DNA of 64,000 nt, from positions 17,050,001 to 17,114,000 of the forward strand of contig NC_073384.1 in NCBI RefSeq assembly GCF_028641065.1, written 5' to 3'. Shown here piece after piece: positions 12,556-24,289 of the stretch. The translations under genes and the position numbers were made by a program. Position 1 is the first letter of the stretch. Each line of letters opens with the position of its first letter. The notes below the pieces were generated by a model. It searched no databases and was not told the origin of the DNA. It worked only from the letters and a program-made list of their open reading frames with translations. This DNA comes from Leucoraja erinacea (taxonomy: Eukaryota).

Positions 12556-12583
12556 CTGAAGAAGGGTTTCGGCCCGAAACGTT
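12556..12583 (+). ncRNA. Minimal type I hammerhead-ribozyme-like motif in the Penelope pLTR (inverted copy at about 10876-10903)
   Basis: CUGAAGA-A-[GGGU UUCG GCCC]-GAAA-CGUU: conserved core, stem II with a UUCG loop and palindromic stem III AACGUU. Confidence 0.7.
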
Positions 12584-12922
12584 GCCTATTTCCTTCGCTC
12601 CATAGATGCTGCGGCACCCGCTGAGTTTCTCCAGCTTTTTTGTGTAACCTTCGATTCTCCAGCATCTGCAGTTCTCTCTTAAACTCTACCTATCACTTGC
12701 CAGGCTTAGTCCTGCTCCCACCTCTTTTCAAGCTTTCTGCTCCCTACTACAATCAGCCTGAAGAAGCGCCCTGACCTGAAACGTCACCTATCCATGTCAT
12801 CCAGAGATGCTGTCTGACCTGCTGAATTATCCATGTTCCATAATTCCATGTAGGATTCCATAATCTGCAGTTCCTTGTGTCTCTATTGACCAAAGTAACA
12901 GTTCGATTGTGTTGTGTTGTAG

Positions 12923-12964
12923 AATTCAGGAGATCACCAGGCAGATCCAAACACCATCTACATG
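12923..12964 (+). CDS. Gene A cytoplasmic exon 2 (NSGDHQADPNTIYM)
   Basis: Acceptor gttgtgttgtag|AAT, donor ATG|gtaaga, 42 nt, phase 0-0. Confidence 0.8.
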
Positions 12965-14129
12965 GTAAGAAATGTGACGTTTTGGACTCTGAAACATTTC
13001 ACTGAGCACGAGTTGCCAAGCTGCTGTTTCCAACATTTCTGTGTTTTCCGCTAGGATTTGCAAAGACCCACTCAGTCCATCTACGGTCATATCCAAGGTA
13101 CGTTCCAGTAACTGTTGACTGTTGCACCATATGATATCTGTTACCTGTGCAGATATGGCGAGACTGCAGGGAAGCTTCAGACAGGAACAACCAGCATGAA
13201 GGTGGGCCCAAAGGAGCTCAGTCTGATAACGGGTTTGGTGTAGAGAGTAAATTAACACCCATCATCGAGTCAGATCATTTAGTTATGAAAATACATCCTT
13301 GCAATTCTGGTAATGTTCGGTATCTAATCCAGGAGAAGGGAACCAGTGCAATTATATTTTTAATTCATTATCTCACCTTGGTTTTAGGATTAAGCAAGCT
13401 ATTTAGTTTAGTTTAGTTTAGAGATACAGCGCGAAAACAGGCTGTTCGTCCCACTGACTCCGCGCCGACCAGCGATCCCTGCACATTAATACTATCCCAT
13501 ACACACTAGTGACAGTTCACATTTACACCAAGCCAATTATTCCACAAACCTGTACATCTAGGATGTGTGGGAGGAAACCAAAGATCTTGGAAAAAAACCC
13601 ACGCAGGTCACAGCGAGAACGTACAAACTCTGTACAGACAGCACCATAGACAGGATCGAACCCGGGTCTCTGGCACTGTAAAGTAGTAGTTATACCACTG
13701 TGCCACCGTGCCGCCCATTGTCTCTGACCTTTCCAACAGCTGTTCCATGAATTGTTTGGGTTGGAAGGTAGTGATCAAGGTAATGCTCACAATCCCAGTC
13801 CACGTCCTGCCCCATGAACGTCGGTGATCGTTCACAGTGATTTCAAGGAGAGGGCATCTAACTTCTCCAAGATCTTTGTTTTGACCATTTGTACCTGAAC
13901 TACTGTCAGGACGCAGCAGGTTTCAATTATCTGGGCAAATCGTCACAAATTGGATTAAGTTCCTTCAGTTTAGACGGTGAAATTGTGATCTTACTGAAGT
14001 GGGTAAACATTTTAGTGGGTTCTTTATGCTGGAGAGAATGACGCCACTGGAGTGGCTATGAGTCCAGAACACAAGGGTGCAACAACATTAGAGCCCACTT
14101 CTTCAGGGTGATGTCAGGAAACTTAGTTT

Positions 14130-15810
14130 AGTTTGGTACAGTGCACATTATCTGCATGGAATTTAGCAAGGCCATTGACAAGATCCCCCACGGAAAGCCG
14201 GTCCAGAAGATTACATCACAAGGGATCCCGGGCAAGCTAGCCAATTGGATACAAAATTGGCTTGGTGGCAGGTCAGATGCTGATGGTGGAGGGTTGCTTT
14301 TCAGATTGGAGTCCAGTGATATGTCGTAGGGATTGGTGCTGAGTCTACTGTTGTTCATCATCTATATTAGCGATTTGGATGAGAATGTAGGTGGAAAGGT
14401 TAATAAGATTGTGGATTACAGCAAAGTGAATGGATAATGAAAAAAAGTTAATTAAGAAAACAACATGATCTAGATCAACCGGGAAGGTGGGCCAAGGGAT
14501 GGCAGATGATTTAACTCAGAAAAGTAGGCCAAAGACTGGTAGATACAATGGCGGGACTGACATATGATGAAAGAATGGGTCTACTGGGCTTATATTCACT
14601 CGTGGGGTGGAAGGTTGCAACCTTCACGTGATCCGCACGGTTTCGACTAATGCAATCAACTCGACGTGCACAAACGGAAGATCAAATAGAACAAGTTATC
14701 CAACAACTTTAGGCTGTGCACGCCACACAAAAGAAGAAGAAGATATTCGCTAGAATGCCGGAATAATGTTCCCCATGTTGGGGGAGTCCAGAACCAGGCG
14801 TCATAGTTTTGGCCATTTAGGACTGAGATGAACAAAAACTTTTTCACCCTGAGAATTGTGAATCTGTGGAATTCTCTGCCACGAAAGGCAGTGGAGGTCA
14901 ATTCACTGGATGTATTGAAGAGAGAGTTAGATATGGCTCTTAGGGTTAATGTAGTCAAGGGATATGGGAAGAAAGCAGGAACAGGGTACTGATTCTGGAT
15001 GATCAGCCATGACCAAATTGTATGGCGGTGCTGGCTCGAAGGGCCGAATGGGCAACTCCTGCACCTATTTTCTATGTTTCTAATTTAACTCGGAAAAGTG
15101 TAAAGTGTTGAATTTTGGTAAATTACACAAAGGCAGGCATTACATTCAATGATAAACCTTCAGAGTGTTTTAGCACAGAAATATAGAACACATTATTTCT
15201 GAAAGTGGTGACGCAGTTTGACAAGGTTGCATGTATGCCTTCATTTGTGAGTTGGTGAGGACAAGTGTTAGGATGTTACAATTGTGCACAACATTGGTAA
15301 GACCGCACTTGGAGTACTGTGAACAGTTCTGATCATCTAAGTAACAGAAGGATGATATTAAATTGGAAAGTGTGAAGAAAAGATTCACATCAATGTTAGC
15401 AGGACTTGAAGGCTTGACTTACAAGGAAAAGCTGGATAGTCTGAGGCTGCTTTCATTAGAGTGTAGGAGACTTTGAGGTGACATTATGGTGGTTAATGGA
15501 TAAGGTGAATTGTCACATTGTTTTTCTCCAGAAGAGAGTTTAAAACTAGAGGGCATAAATTTAACGGAGATGGGAAAGACTTAAAGGAGATTTGCGGGGC
15601 AACAGAGGCTGATGGGTATTTGGTACTAACAGCCAAAGTGGAAGAGAAGTGTGCAATTACAATGTTTCAAAAATAGATCCATGGATCCTACATTTTCAGT
15701 GGGATATGGGCCACATGCTGGTAGGTTGGACTAGATCAGGTAGGCAACTTGTTCAGCATTGAGAGGTTGGGCCGAAGGGCCTGTTTCCATGCTAGGCACC
15801 ATTATGACTC
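14130..15810 (+). mobile_element. Degenerate CR1 RT/3' region with nested younger CR1 end (about 14520-15082) and a short (GAA)n-tailed insertion (14601-14742)
   Basis: FSKAIDKIPH...LANWIQNWL remnant. The short insert is flanked by ATATTCACT/ATATTCGCT. Confidence 0.75.
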
Positions 15811-16381
15811 AGTGGGAATGTGTATCCCTCTCTCAGATAATCAGAAATTCCAGCATTGACCAAAAATTGATTTTTGTTGGGTTTGAGTTTCAGATGTGGA
15901 CAGAGATGGGTGATTAGAGTTGAGATAAGTCAGTCAGTTGATCAAATAACAGGAGAGACGTGAGGGTCGAATGGCCTGTTCTTCACATCCACTTTGCCTC
16001 CCCTTGACACAGAGTGTTCACTGCTCCATGCACCAGCGTTGAGGGTTGCTGATTGAGCCTCTAGTCAAGGCCACTTCCGTCCATGTCCCCTGCAACCAGC
16101 AGCAGCCCAGGGCAGTGGTGAGGACTGGCCATGTGAACTAGTTCCTTGTACCTGACCACACACCAGGCTCAGGAACAGCAGAGGCCACGCAGCCCTGAGA
16201 CCCAACCTCTGTGTTTAGATACTCGATGGAACGGTTCAGGCAATGTCTAGAACCGACTTTAACTCACACGTTGGAAGACACAGAGTGCTGGAGTAGCTCA
16301 GCGGGTCAGGAAACCTCTGGAGAACTTGGAGAGTGGATGTTTTTGGTTGGGAAACCTTAAACAGACACTAACATTCTTTGC

Positions 16382-16612
16382 CTTTAAGAAGGAACTGCAG
16401 ATGCTGGAAAATCAAAGGTACACAAAAATGCTGGAGAAACTCAGCGAGTGCAGCAGCATCTATGGAGCTAAGGAAATAGGCAACTTTTCGGGCCAAAACC
16501 CTTCTTCAGACCCTTCTTCGTCTGAGGAAGGGTTTCGGCCCGAAACGTTGCCTATTTCTTTCGCTCCATAGATGCTGCTGCACCCGCTGAGTTTCTCCAG
16601 CATTTTTGAGTA
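16382..16612. mobile_element. Palindromic non-autonomous Penelope-derived mini-element
   Basis: Back-to-back inverted pLTR halves, each with a hammerhead-like core. 15-bp TSD ACTAACATTCTTTGC at 16367-16381 and 16613-16627. Confidence 0.85.
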
Positions 16613-16673
16613 ACTAACATTCTTTGCTTGTTTGTTTTACGTAAATACTTTCTGTTTAATTTTGTTTAAGCAG

Positions 16674-16739
16674 GTAGTAAACGCACGTCCTACAGCTGAA
16701 CCACAGCTGGAATCTGTCTCTGCAGTCTCGTCTGGATAA
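16674..16739 (+). CDS. Candidate terminal exon of gene A (VVNARPTAEPQLESVSAVSSG*)
   Basis: Polypyrimidine tract and NAGNAG acceptor ttttgtttaag-cag|GTA; a homologous acceptor is present in gene B at 32339. Would complete TIYM-VV (or TIYM-QV). Confidence 0.35.
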   Translation, partial: VVNARPTAEPQLESVSAVSSG

Positions 16740-19700
16740 AGGAAGCTTGGATGGATTTCTGCACAGGCAAACACATCAGATGTGCAACGTTTTAAGGCCC
16801 AGATATTCCATTTCAATTATACATTGTTGTCTCATGCACCTAGGCACTGTGTAATGCTTTGTTTTGCAGACAACCCAGTAAAATCATACATCGGACCTCA
16901 CCTGGGCAGTACACAAGTGTGGCCATGTTTTTGGCACCGTCAAAGTCACAAAAGTTCACCGAACAGTCCTATCTTCTACCTCCCCCCTTCCCCCCTCCCC
17001 CACTGCCACATCCCCCTTCATTCTCAGTGGCCCCCTCCACCTAGTCCCCCTGTTTTACCCTGTTCTTGGCAGCCTTCCTCGCTCAACGGCGGCCTCCTTT
17101 GGCTCTCCAACGGCTATCCGATGGTGTGACAAGAGAACTCTATCCAAAGCAATATCCTTCCTGGCGGCGGATGGAGATCAAAAGGTGAAAGGTCATCGAG
17201 ACCGAGCTGCTCAAGGTCCCGTTTGGAGACATTTCATCACATCACAGCCAATGGGAATGTAATTGTCATAGATTCATAAAGTGAAATAGCCCAGACACAG
17301 GTCCTTCCGCCCAACTCGTCCATACCCACCAGGGTGCTTATCTCAGCAAGTCCCATTTCCCTGTATTTGGCCCATATCCTCAAAACCATTACTATCCATG
17401 GACCTGCTCAACTTGAAGCATTGCGGTCATACCCACTTCTACCATTTCATTTTGCACTGCGCTCCACACACTCACCACCCTCTGCTTGAATAACTTGCCC
17501 CTCAAAACCCCTTTAATTATTTTTCCCCTCTTACCTTAAAACTTTGCCCTCTAGTTTTACATTTCCCAGATTTTGGGGCGTGTGAACCTTATCTATGCTC
17601 CTCCTGTCCTCTAGGAAAACAATCCCAACATATCCAATCTCTCCGTATAACTCATACCTTACAATCCCATCAACCTCCTTTGTAAATCACTCCTACACCC
17701 TTTCCAGAGTTAGTGAGGCAGGTCAAATAGCCCTGCAGCTGCAGCATTTCTGAGTCCTACATGTCATTGTGGTCAAGACATGACACTCGTTCTTTGAGCA
17801 GATGTTATTGATGTTTTAAATACCATGCATAAACATACATAAAAGTGATTCTGGTGTTTCTTAATATCATTACCGATAAGGAGCAATGTTTCATAGATTA
17901 TCAAAGGAAGGGTGTGATGTGTCACTTAAGTATTAGCATGGAGCAACGTTAAGAAGCAAAGGAGAAGTGGTGCTAAGATCAGAAATGGAAAGAGACGGTG
18001 TTATTTTTTTAGTTTTTAAGATACAGCGCGGAAACAGGTCCTTCGGCCCATGCCGACCAGCGATCTCTGCTCATTAACACTACTCCACGCACACTGGGGA
18101 CAACTTCCCATTTAGACCAAGACAATTACCCTACAAACCTATACATCTTTGGAGTGTGGGAGGAAACCAAAGATCTTGAAGAAAACCCATGCAGGTCACG
18201 GGGAGAACGTACAAACTCCATACAGACAAGGATCGAGCCTGGGCCTCTGGTGCTGCAAGGCAGTAGCTCTACCACTACGACACTGGACTTGAGAAAAGAT
18301 AACTGGGACAGAACAGTTTTCTACCCTCCAAAGATGAGACCCTATGCAAGCAAACACAAGAATATTGGAGCAGCAGTACGCCACATGGCCCCTCAATCCT
18401 GCCCCACCATTCAATATAATCTGACCACCGCTCTCAATCCCTCACATATTCAAACCTTCTCCGACATCTACTTTAAATAATCTGGTCTCTGCAACTCTCT
18501 ACGGTAAAAACATTCACCACCCTATGTGAGAATAGTGCATACCTCAGCTTTAAACAATCACTCTCTGACCTTGAAACTGTGTCCCCTTGTTTGAGATTTT
18601 CCCTTTGGTGAAAACATCTCATCATCCACCCTCTCTCTCCATCCCCTCCCCCTTCCCAGTTCTCCCACCAGTCTAACTGTCTCTGACTACATTCTATCTC
18701 TGCCCCCCCCCCCTGCCTAATCTGCAAACCCGCACGTCTTTGGGATGTGGGAATAAATTGGAACACCCGGAAGAAACCCACACAGTCTCAGGGAGAACGT
18801 ACAAACTCCACACAGACAGTACCCGAGGTCAGGATCAAATCCAGGTCTCTTACACTGTGAGGCAGTATCTCTACCAGCTGTGCCACTGTGCTGCCCAATT
18901 ACATCCAACATGATTAAAGCCCACTTATGCCAACTTCCTGTTTTCTATTTGAGGACCAGCTTTAAATCCTTCCTAAAATTCACCCTGTAATACAATGTGC
19001 ACCATCTTTAGTGTCAAATGCCTTTAGAAATGTAAATACTCTCTATCTACAGGGTCTCCTCCCTTCCCTCTGCTTGTAACATCCTCAAAAAATACAAAAG
19101 AATACACACAAAATAAGATCATGTTGACATGGATTAATTAAATCAAACCTTCCTAAATGATGAGCTATTTCTTATTTCACTCAGTGAAGGGATGAGGGCT
19201 TTGCAGGGTGAGATAACTTTTCATTAACCATCCCTCATTGCCCTTGAGAAGAGCTGAACACTATGATCCTGGAGGTCATAACGTCATAAGTGATTGGAGC
19301 AAAATTAGGCCATTTGGCCCATCAAGACTACTCCACCATTCAATCATGGCTGATCTATTCTCTTCCCCTCAACCCCTATTCTCCTGCCTTCTCCTCATCG
19401 CCCCTTTCACCTGTACTAATCAATGTACACCCACAATGCTATGAGGGAGAGAGAGTTCTAAGTTGTTGAACCAGCAATGGTGAAGGAACATCGTTATTTT
19501 TCCAGGTCAGGATGATGTGTGGATTGGAACACAACTTCTAGGTGGGTGGCGTTCCCATGCTTTTGCTGCCCTTGTCCTTCTATCTGGGAGAGATTGAAAG
19601 GTCCAGGGTTGGGCAGGTGCTGCAGAAGGAGTCTTGATGAGTTGCTGCAATGTATCCTGAAGATGCTACAATCCACTGCTACTGTGTACCTGTGGTGGAG

Positions 19701-20428
19701 TGGGTGAATGTTGAGGATGGTTCAATGGTTTTTTTATTCAAGATTCTCCATCACCCTCAAACAGCTCAGCCCACTGACCAAAGTCCCTCTCCTCGCCTGT
19801 CCGTCTCTGTGTCTCAGGGAACACTTATTGCAGCTGACCCTGAAGGTGCTGGAGTCAACATCCCTGCCTCTCTGCTACCAGCCCAAACCGTTCTATTCTC
19901 ACCCATAAGGTTAAAGGTAAAGTGCTGTGAATTGGAAGAGATAGGGATCTGTGGCAGGTATCCCCATTACCACCAGAGGGCAGTGCTGTTCCATTATTTC
20001 ATTTGAATTGTTATTTTTCCAAAGATACATTTTATTCTGCTTATCAATCTCCAAAGTGATCTTAAGTGGTTCTCCACTTACCAATGAAATTGCAATATAA
20101 GCATTTTGGATCATAGTTTTTCCCAATTCAAAGCATGATATTTTAACCTTCCTAATATAGGCCGGGACTGCAATAGTTTTAAAGGCTTAGATGGGATGGA
20201 ATGTGTTGAATGTGTTCAGAATGGTTTCACCACACATAATAGAGGACTCTGCTATGGAGAGGGCAGGGCTTAACCTACTCTTGGGAAATAGAACAAGTGA
20301 CTGACGTGTCAGTGAGGTAGTGCTTTGGAAAAATGATCAGAGGTCTATTAGTTTAGTTTGGTTTAGTTTAGACAGTGCGGAAACAGGCCCTACACAAGCC
20401 TACACACACTGGAGACTATTTACACATA

Positions 20429-22053
20429 CAGTGACTTCAGAAAATATTCAAACACCTTCACTTTTTCTGCATTTTGTTACATTACAGCCCTATTCTAAAA
20501 TTCATTAAATTCATTTTTGTTATCATCAATCTACACACAATACTCCATTATTTAAAAAAAAAAAACAGGTGTTTAGAAACTTTTGCAAAGTAATTAAAAG
20601 GAAATAACTGAAATATCACATGTACATAAGTATTCATGTAAGTATTCATACCCTTTACTCAGTACTTTGTTGAGGCACGTTTGGCAGCGATTACAGCCTC
20701 AAGTCTTCTTGGGTATGACACTACAAGCTAGGCACACCTGTATTTGGGCAATTTCTCCCATTCTTCTCTGCAGATCCTCTCAAGCTCTGTCAGGTTGGAT
20801 GGGGAGCGTCGATGCACAGCTATTTTCAGGTCCCTCCAGAGATGTTCGATCAGGTTCAAGTCCGGGATCTGGCTGGGCCACTCAAGGACATTCACAGACT
20901 GGTCACGAAGCCACTCCTGCGTTGTCTTGGCTGTGTGCTTAGGGACATTGTCCTGTTGGAAGGTGAATCTCTTCCCCATGCATGCTCTGGAGCAGGTCCT
21001 GCATGCTCTGGAGCAGATTTTCATCAAGGATCTCTCTTTACTTTGCTCCGTTCATCTTTCCCTCAAACCTGACTAGTCTCCCAGTTCCTGCTGCTGAAAA
21101 ACATCCCCACAGCATGATGCTGCCACCACCATGCCTCACCGTAGGTATGGTATTGGCCAGGTGATGAGTGGTGCCTGGTTTCATCCAGACGTGACGCTTT
21201 GCATTCAGGCCAAAGAGTTCAATCTTGGTTTCATCAGACTAGAGAATCTTGTTTCTCATGCTTTTTGGCAAACTCCAAGCACGCTGTCATGTGCCTTTGA
21301 CTGGGGAGTGGCGTCCGTCTGGCCACTCTACCATAAAGGTCTGATTGGTGGAGTGCTGCAGATATAGTTGTCCTTCAGAAGGTTCTTCCATCTCCACAGA
21401 GGAACTCTAGAGCTCTGTCAGAGTGACCATCAGGTTCTTGGTCACCTCCCTGACCAAGGCCCTTCTCCCCCGATTGCTCAGTTTGGCCGGGCGGCCAGCT
21501 CTATGAAGAGTCGTAGTGGTTCCAAAGTTCTTCCATTTAAGAATGACGGAGACCACTGTGTTCTTCGGGACCTGCAATGCTGCAGAAATTGTGTTATAGC
21601 CTTGCCCAGATCTGTGCTCGACACAATCCTGTCTCGGAGGTCTACGGACAATTCCTTCGTCTTCATGGCTTGGTTTTTGCTCTGACATGTACTGTCAACT
21701 GTGGGACCATATATAGACAGGTGTGTACCTTTCCAAATCATGTACAATCAATTCAATTTACCACTGGTGCTCTAATAAAGTTGTAGAAAAATCTCAAGAA
21801 TAATCAGTGGAAACAGTATGCAAACAAGCTCAATTTTGAGTGTCATAGCAAAGGGTCTGAATACTTATGTAAATGTGATATTTCAGTTATTTCTTTTTAA
21901 TACTGCAAAAATTTCTAAACACCTGTTTTCGATTTTTTATTAAGGGATATTGTGTGTAGGTTGATGATTAAAAAAATAGAATTTTAGTAAAAGGCTGTAA
22001 CATGACAAAATGTGGAAAAAGTGAAAGGGTCTGAATACTTTTTGAATGCACTA
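20429..22053 (-). mobile_element. Tc1-like DNA transposon (IR/DR type), defective
   Basis: TA-flanked long TIRs beginning CAGTG. Transposase fragments MKTKELSVDLRDRIV and FQQDNVPKH...PDLNLIEHLW. Inserted into a SINE. Confidence 0.92.
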
Positions 22054-22749
22054 TATACCTAGTATGCAAACCAAAGCCAATTAACCGACAAACCTGTACG
22101 TCTTTGGAGTGAGGGAGGAAACCGAAGATCTCGGAGAAAACTCATGTGGTCACGGGGAGAACGTACAAACTCCGTAGGGACAGCACTTGTGTTCGGGATT
22201 GAACCCGGGTCTCCAGCGCTGCAAACAGTGTAAGTCAGCAACTCTACCTGCGCCACCGTGCCGCCCCATTTTAAAATAGCTATGGAAAAGAACTGATCTG
22301 ATCACAATTTAAGTTTTAAATTAGGGCAAGGCTAATTTTAACAGTGTTAGTCAAGAGCTTGCAAAGGTTAATTGGAGTAAGATGTTTGCTGGCAAACACA
22401 CAATTGATCCATTACAATTCACCCAGCAACAAAACAGATCCTTGGCAGACACCATCTCCCTGGCCCGACACACATTTGTATTGATATTAGTTTATTATTA
22501 ACCCGTGTACTGAGAGACAGTGAGAAAACGTTGTTTTGTGTGCTATCCATGCAAATCATACCACACATGAGTACAATCACACCAGGCACAAGTACAACAG
22601 GGAGTGCAAAAATATCAAGCGTACAGAATACAATGTTACAGACACAGAGAAAGTCCAAATAAAATTGTACAATGTACCTACCGAAGTGAGTAGGTTGGGA
22701 GATCGAGACTATAACATTATTATGTACTTCCAAGCTATCTTTGAGTCCT

Positions 22750-24289
22750 GGCAAAATCCTCGTAAATCTTCTCTGCGCCCATTTTCAGCTTGATAACATC
22801 TTTCCCATAACATGTTTACAAAAACTGGGGACAATACACTAAATGCAGCCTCACCAACGTCTTATACGTGTACAACATGACCTCCCAACTTCTATACAGG
22901 GCTCTAACTGATGAAGGCAAATGTGCCAAAAGCCTTTTTGACCACCCTATCTACCAGTAATGCCACTTTCAATTACCTATATACCTGTGCTCCTAAATCC
23001 CTCTGCTCTACCATTTACTGTGTAGATTCTGCCCATGTTAGTGCTCGCAAATGCAACACCTCACATTTTTCTGTATTAAATTCTATCAACAATTGCTCAG
23101 CCCACCTGCCCAACCAACAAGATTCTGCTGCAACTTTTGATAACCATGTTCACTGTCTACAATACCAACCACTTTTGTGTCATCTGCAAACTAGCTAACC
23201 ATGCCATGCACGTTCTCGTACAAATCATTGATACAGATGACAAACAGCAGTGGGCCCAGCATTAAACCCTGAGTCACACCACCAGTCACAGGCCTCCAGT
23301 CTGAAAAAACAACCCTCTACCATCACCCTCTGCTTCTTTCAATGACGTCAATTACCCATCCATTCATCGATATCTCCATGAATTCCATTGGATCTAACCT
23401 TCTCGAGCATCCTACCATGCGGTACCTTGTCAAATGACTTACTAAAAGGCATGTATACAATGTCCACAGCTCTACCTTCATCGACCTTTTTGGTCACATC
23501 CTCAAATAACTCAAACAGATTCGGGCGACACAACCTCCCATGTACAAAACCATATTGACTATCCCAAATCAGCCCCTGTCCATCTAAGTGCAGATATATA
23601 TATATTGTATCGTATCCCCCAGAATACTCCCTAGTAACTTTCCAACCACAAATGTTAAACTCACTGGCCTGAAGTATCCAGCCTTTTCCCTGCAGCCCTT
23701 CTTGAATAGAGGCACAACATTTGCCTCCCTCTACTCTTCCGGCAACTTGGCGGTATTGAACAATGATTCATAAGTCTCTGCAAGGGCTCCTCGTTTTCCA
23801 CAGTGCCTGACGATATAACGGATCAGACTCGGGAAATTGGCTATCTTCATACGCTTCAGGTACCTTCAGCACCTCTGCGAACTCTGCCACATGTTCCAAA
23901 TGTTGGGGGAGTCCAGAACCAGGGGCCACTTAGAACGGAGACGAGGAAACACTTTTTCTCACAGAGAGTTGTGAGTCTGTGGAATTCTCTGCCTCAGAGG
24001 GCGGTTCTCTGGATAATTTCAAGAGAGAGCTAGATAGGGCTCTTAAAGGTAGCTGAGTCAGGGGATATGGGGAGAAGGCAGGAACGGGGTACTGAATGGT
24101 GATGATCAGCCATGATCACATTGAATGGCGGTGCAGGGTCGAAGGGCCGAATGGCCTACTCCTGCACCTATTGTCTATTGTCTATTGGCCATAATACTGA
24201 CTGCTCTCAAGCCACTTCCAGTGACTACCCCAAGATCCCTCATCCTCCTGTCTTTCTCCACGATAAAAACTCTCGTTGAAGACCTTGCC
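22750..24289 (-). mobile_element. Degenerate CR1 RT region with nested plus-strand CR1 3' end (about 23885-24186)
   Basis: ORF 23348..23533 FEDVTKKVDEGRAVDIVYMPFSKSFDKVPH. Confidence 0.8.

Larger units (their letters stand above)
10809..12684 (+). mobile_element. Young 5'-truncated Penelope-like retroelement with inverted pLTR and 14-bp TSD
   Basis: TSD TCTACCTATCACTT at 10795-10808 and 12685-12698. Inverted repeat 10810-11048 / 12411-12649 (239 bp). Confidence 0.93.

Noticed and set aside
19036-19080. Terminal exon GLLPSLCL* that would give TIYM-GL
   Set aside because: The sequence is the antisense of a CR1 RT remnant (FFEDVTSR...DPVD).
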